Assembly (NCBI GenBank): GCA_963755425.1 | Contig: CAVWJI010000002.1 | Span: 453,244-517,243 of the forward strand | Direction of reading: 5' to 3' | From: an uncultured Gemmatimonadales bacterium | Lineage (GTDB): Bacteria; Gemmatimonadota; Gemmatimonadetes; Gemmatimonadales; GWC2-71-9 | Length of the DNA stretch: 64,000 bases | The notes under the pieces: generated by a model | What the model saw: the letters and a program-made list of their open reading frames with translations, nothing else | Told to the model about the DNA's origin: nothing | Database searches by the model: none | Shown here: piece after piece, positions 63,326 to 64,000 of the stretch | Numbering within the stretch: position 1 is the stretch's first letter | Layout of the letters: every line of letters starts with the position of its first letter | Made by a program: the position numbers and the translations under genes

Positions 63326-63460
63326 CACCCCAATATCACCCCGGGTACGAGCGGTGCACAGGGTGATCCGAAATCAGGCCGGGACAATCGTGATGGGGCC
63401 GGTACAGCGGTCGCCTGTTGAACACCTGCAAGACCAACCCGACCGCGGCATCAACCGCGA

Positions 63461-64000
63461 TCACGGTTTCCGCACGTGCGCCCCGTACCAGCTCAGCATG
63501 TACTCCTGCGTGCGGATCCAGTTCGACGGATGCGACGTGGTGCCGTGGTGCTCCCCATTGAACAGCAGCAGCTCGGCCGGCACGCCGCGCTCCTTGAGGG
63601 CGGTGTAGAACTCCTCGGATTGCGGCGCCGGCGTGCGCATGTCTTCGGCGCCCACCATCAGCAGGGTCGGCGTGGTCACTGAACCGACGTACATCAGCGG
63701 CGAATGCTTCAACCACTCCGCGGCGTCTTCCCAGAAGAGCTTGGCGAAGAGGGCATTGGTATAACCCGGAATGTCGGTTTCGCCCGCCATCGAGAGCCAG
63801 TCGGTGACCGGACAGCGCACCGCCGCCGCCGCAAAACGGCTGGTGTGCCCGATGACCCAGCTGCTCAACACCCCGCCGCCGCTGCAGCCGCCAACGTACA
63901 TCCGGGTGGTGTCGACCCAGCCGCGGCCGATCACCTCATTGACGCCGCCCATCAGGTCGTCGTAATCGACCCCCGGGATAGTTGTCGGCGATGGCGTTGC
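63461..64000 (-). pseudogene. Prolyl oligopeptidase (S9) family serine peptidase. Only the C-terminal alpha/beta-hydrolase part is in the window, and there is a frame switch near the window edge.
   Basis: Nucleophile elbow VGGCSGGG, then ..MVGAEDMRTP.. and ..FNGEHHG (Asp/His regions). Upstream, ..NAIADNYPG | VDYDDLMGGVNEV changes frame at CCCGGGGG near 63975. Confidence 0.75.

Overview
High-G+C (about 70% by eye, not computed) bacterial chromosomal DNA with roughly 55 recognisable genes. I found no rRNA, tRNA, CRISPR array, transposase or integrase. Gene order, left to right: AI-2E permease and two outer-membrane proteins; a nine-gene translationally coupled arginine operon (argG-X-argC-argD-argF'-argB-argE-argH-argR) behind a perfect palindromic operator; a HAD phosphatase; an SNF2-type helicase; a glycan-utilisation block (galM, GH2, six-hairpin GH with discoidin domains) plus an acyl-CoA dehydrogenase; a small addiction/defence islet (vapBC, a 978-aa Eco57I/PglX-like N6-adenine methyltransferase, mazEF); a ~1100-aa BNR/sortilin-like exported protein; fadBA; a fused E2-E1 2-oxoglutarate dehydrogenase of the actinobacterial Kgd/OdhA type; a GIY-YIG gene bracketed by ~200-bp composite repeats, next to an HNH gene; an ECF sigma / anti-sigma / HEAT-repeat x2 / pseudokinase gene string; tkt-tal; a DAACS symporter; Slt; a tandem HD-GYP protein; gluQ; a LuxR-lipoprotein unit preceded by a (GTCGG)10 tract; and an S9 peptidase. 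Weak taxon guess: Gemmatimonadota/Acidobacteriota-like. Main caveat: about 35 reading-frame breaks, one in-frame TAG and one internal deletion interrupt otherwise well-conserved genes, including argG, argC, argD, sucA and fadAB. The breaks occur in patches, and three long blocks have none. I call these genes 'pseudogene' as sequenced, but most may be assembly indel errors. Best candidates for new biology: (1) gene X (4755-5838), an unassigned BioD/DUF1611-like P-loop protein sitting where the missing glutamate N-acyltransferase step of the arg operon would be; (2) the GIY-YIG/HNH locus with nested-palindrome, tandem-20-mer flanking repeats; (3) the TA-methyltransferase-TA islet; (4) the ECF-HEAT-pseudokinase module; (5) two unusual tandem repeats, a 21-bp minisatellite and a G-quadruplex-capable pentanucleotide tract. 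All functional calls come from motif recognition by eye. No database search was run.
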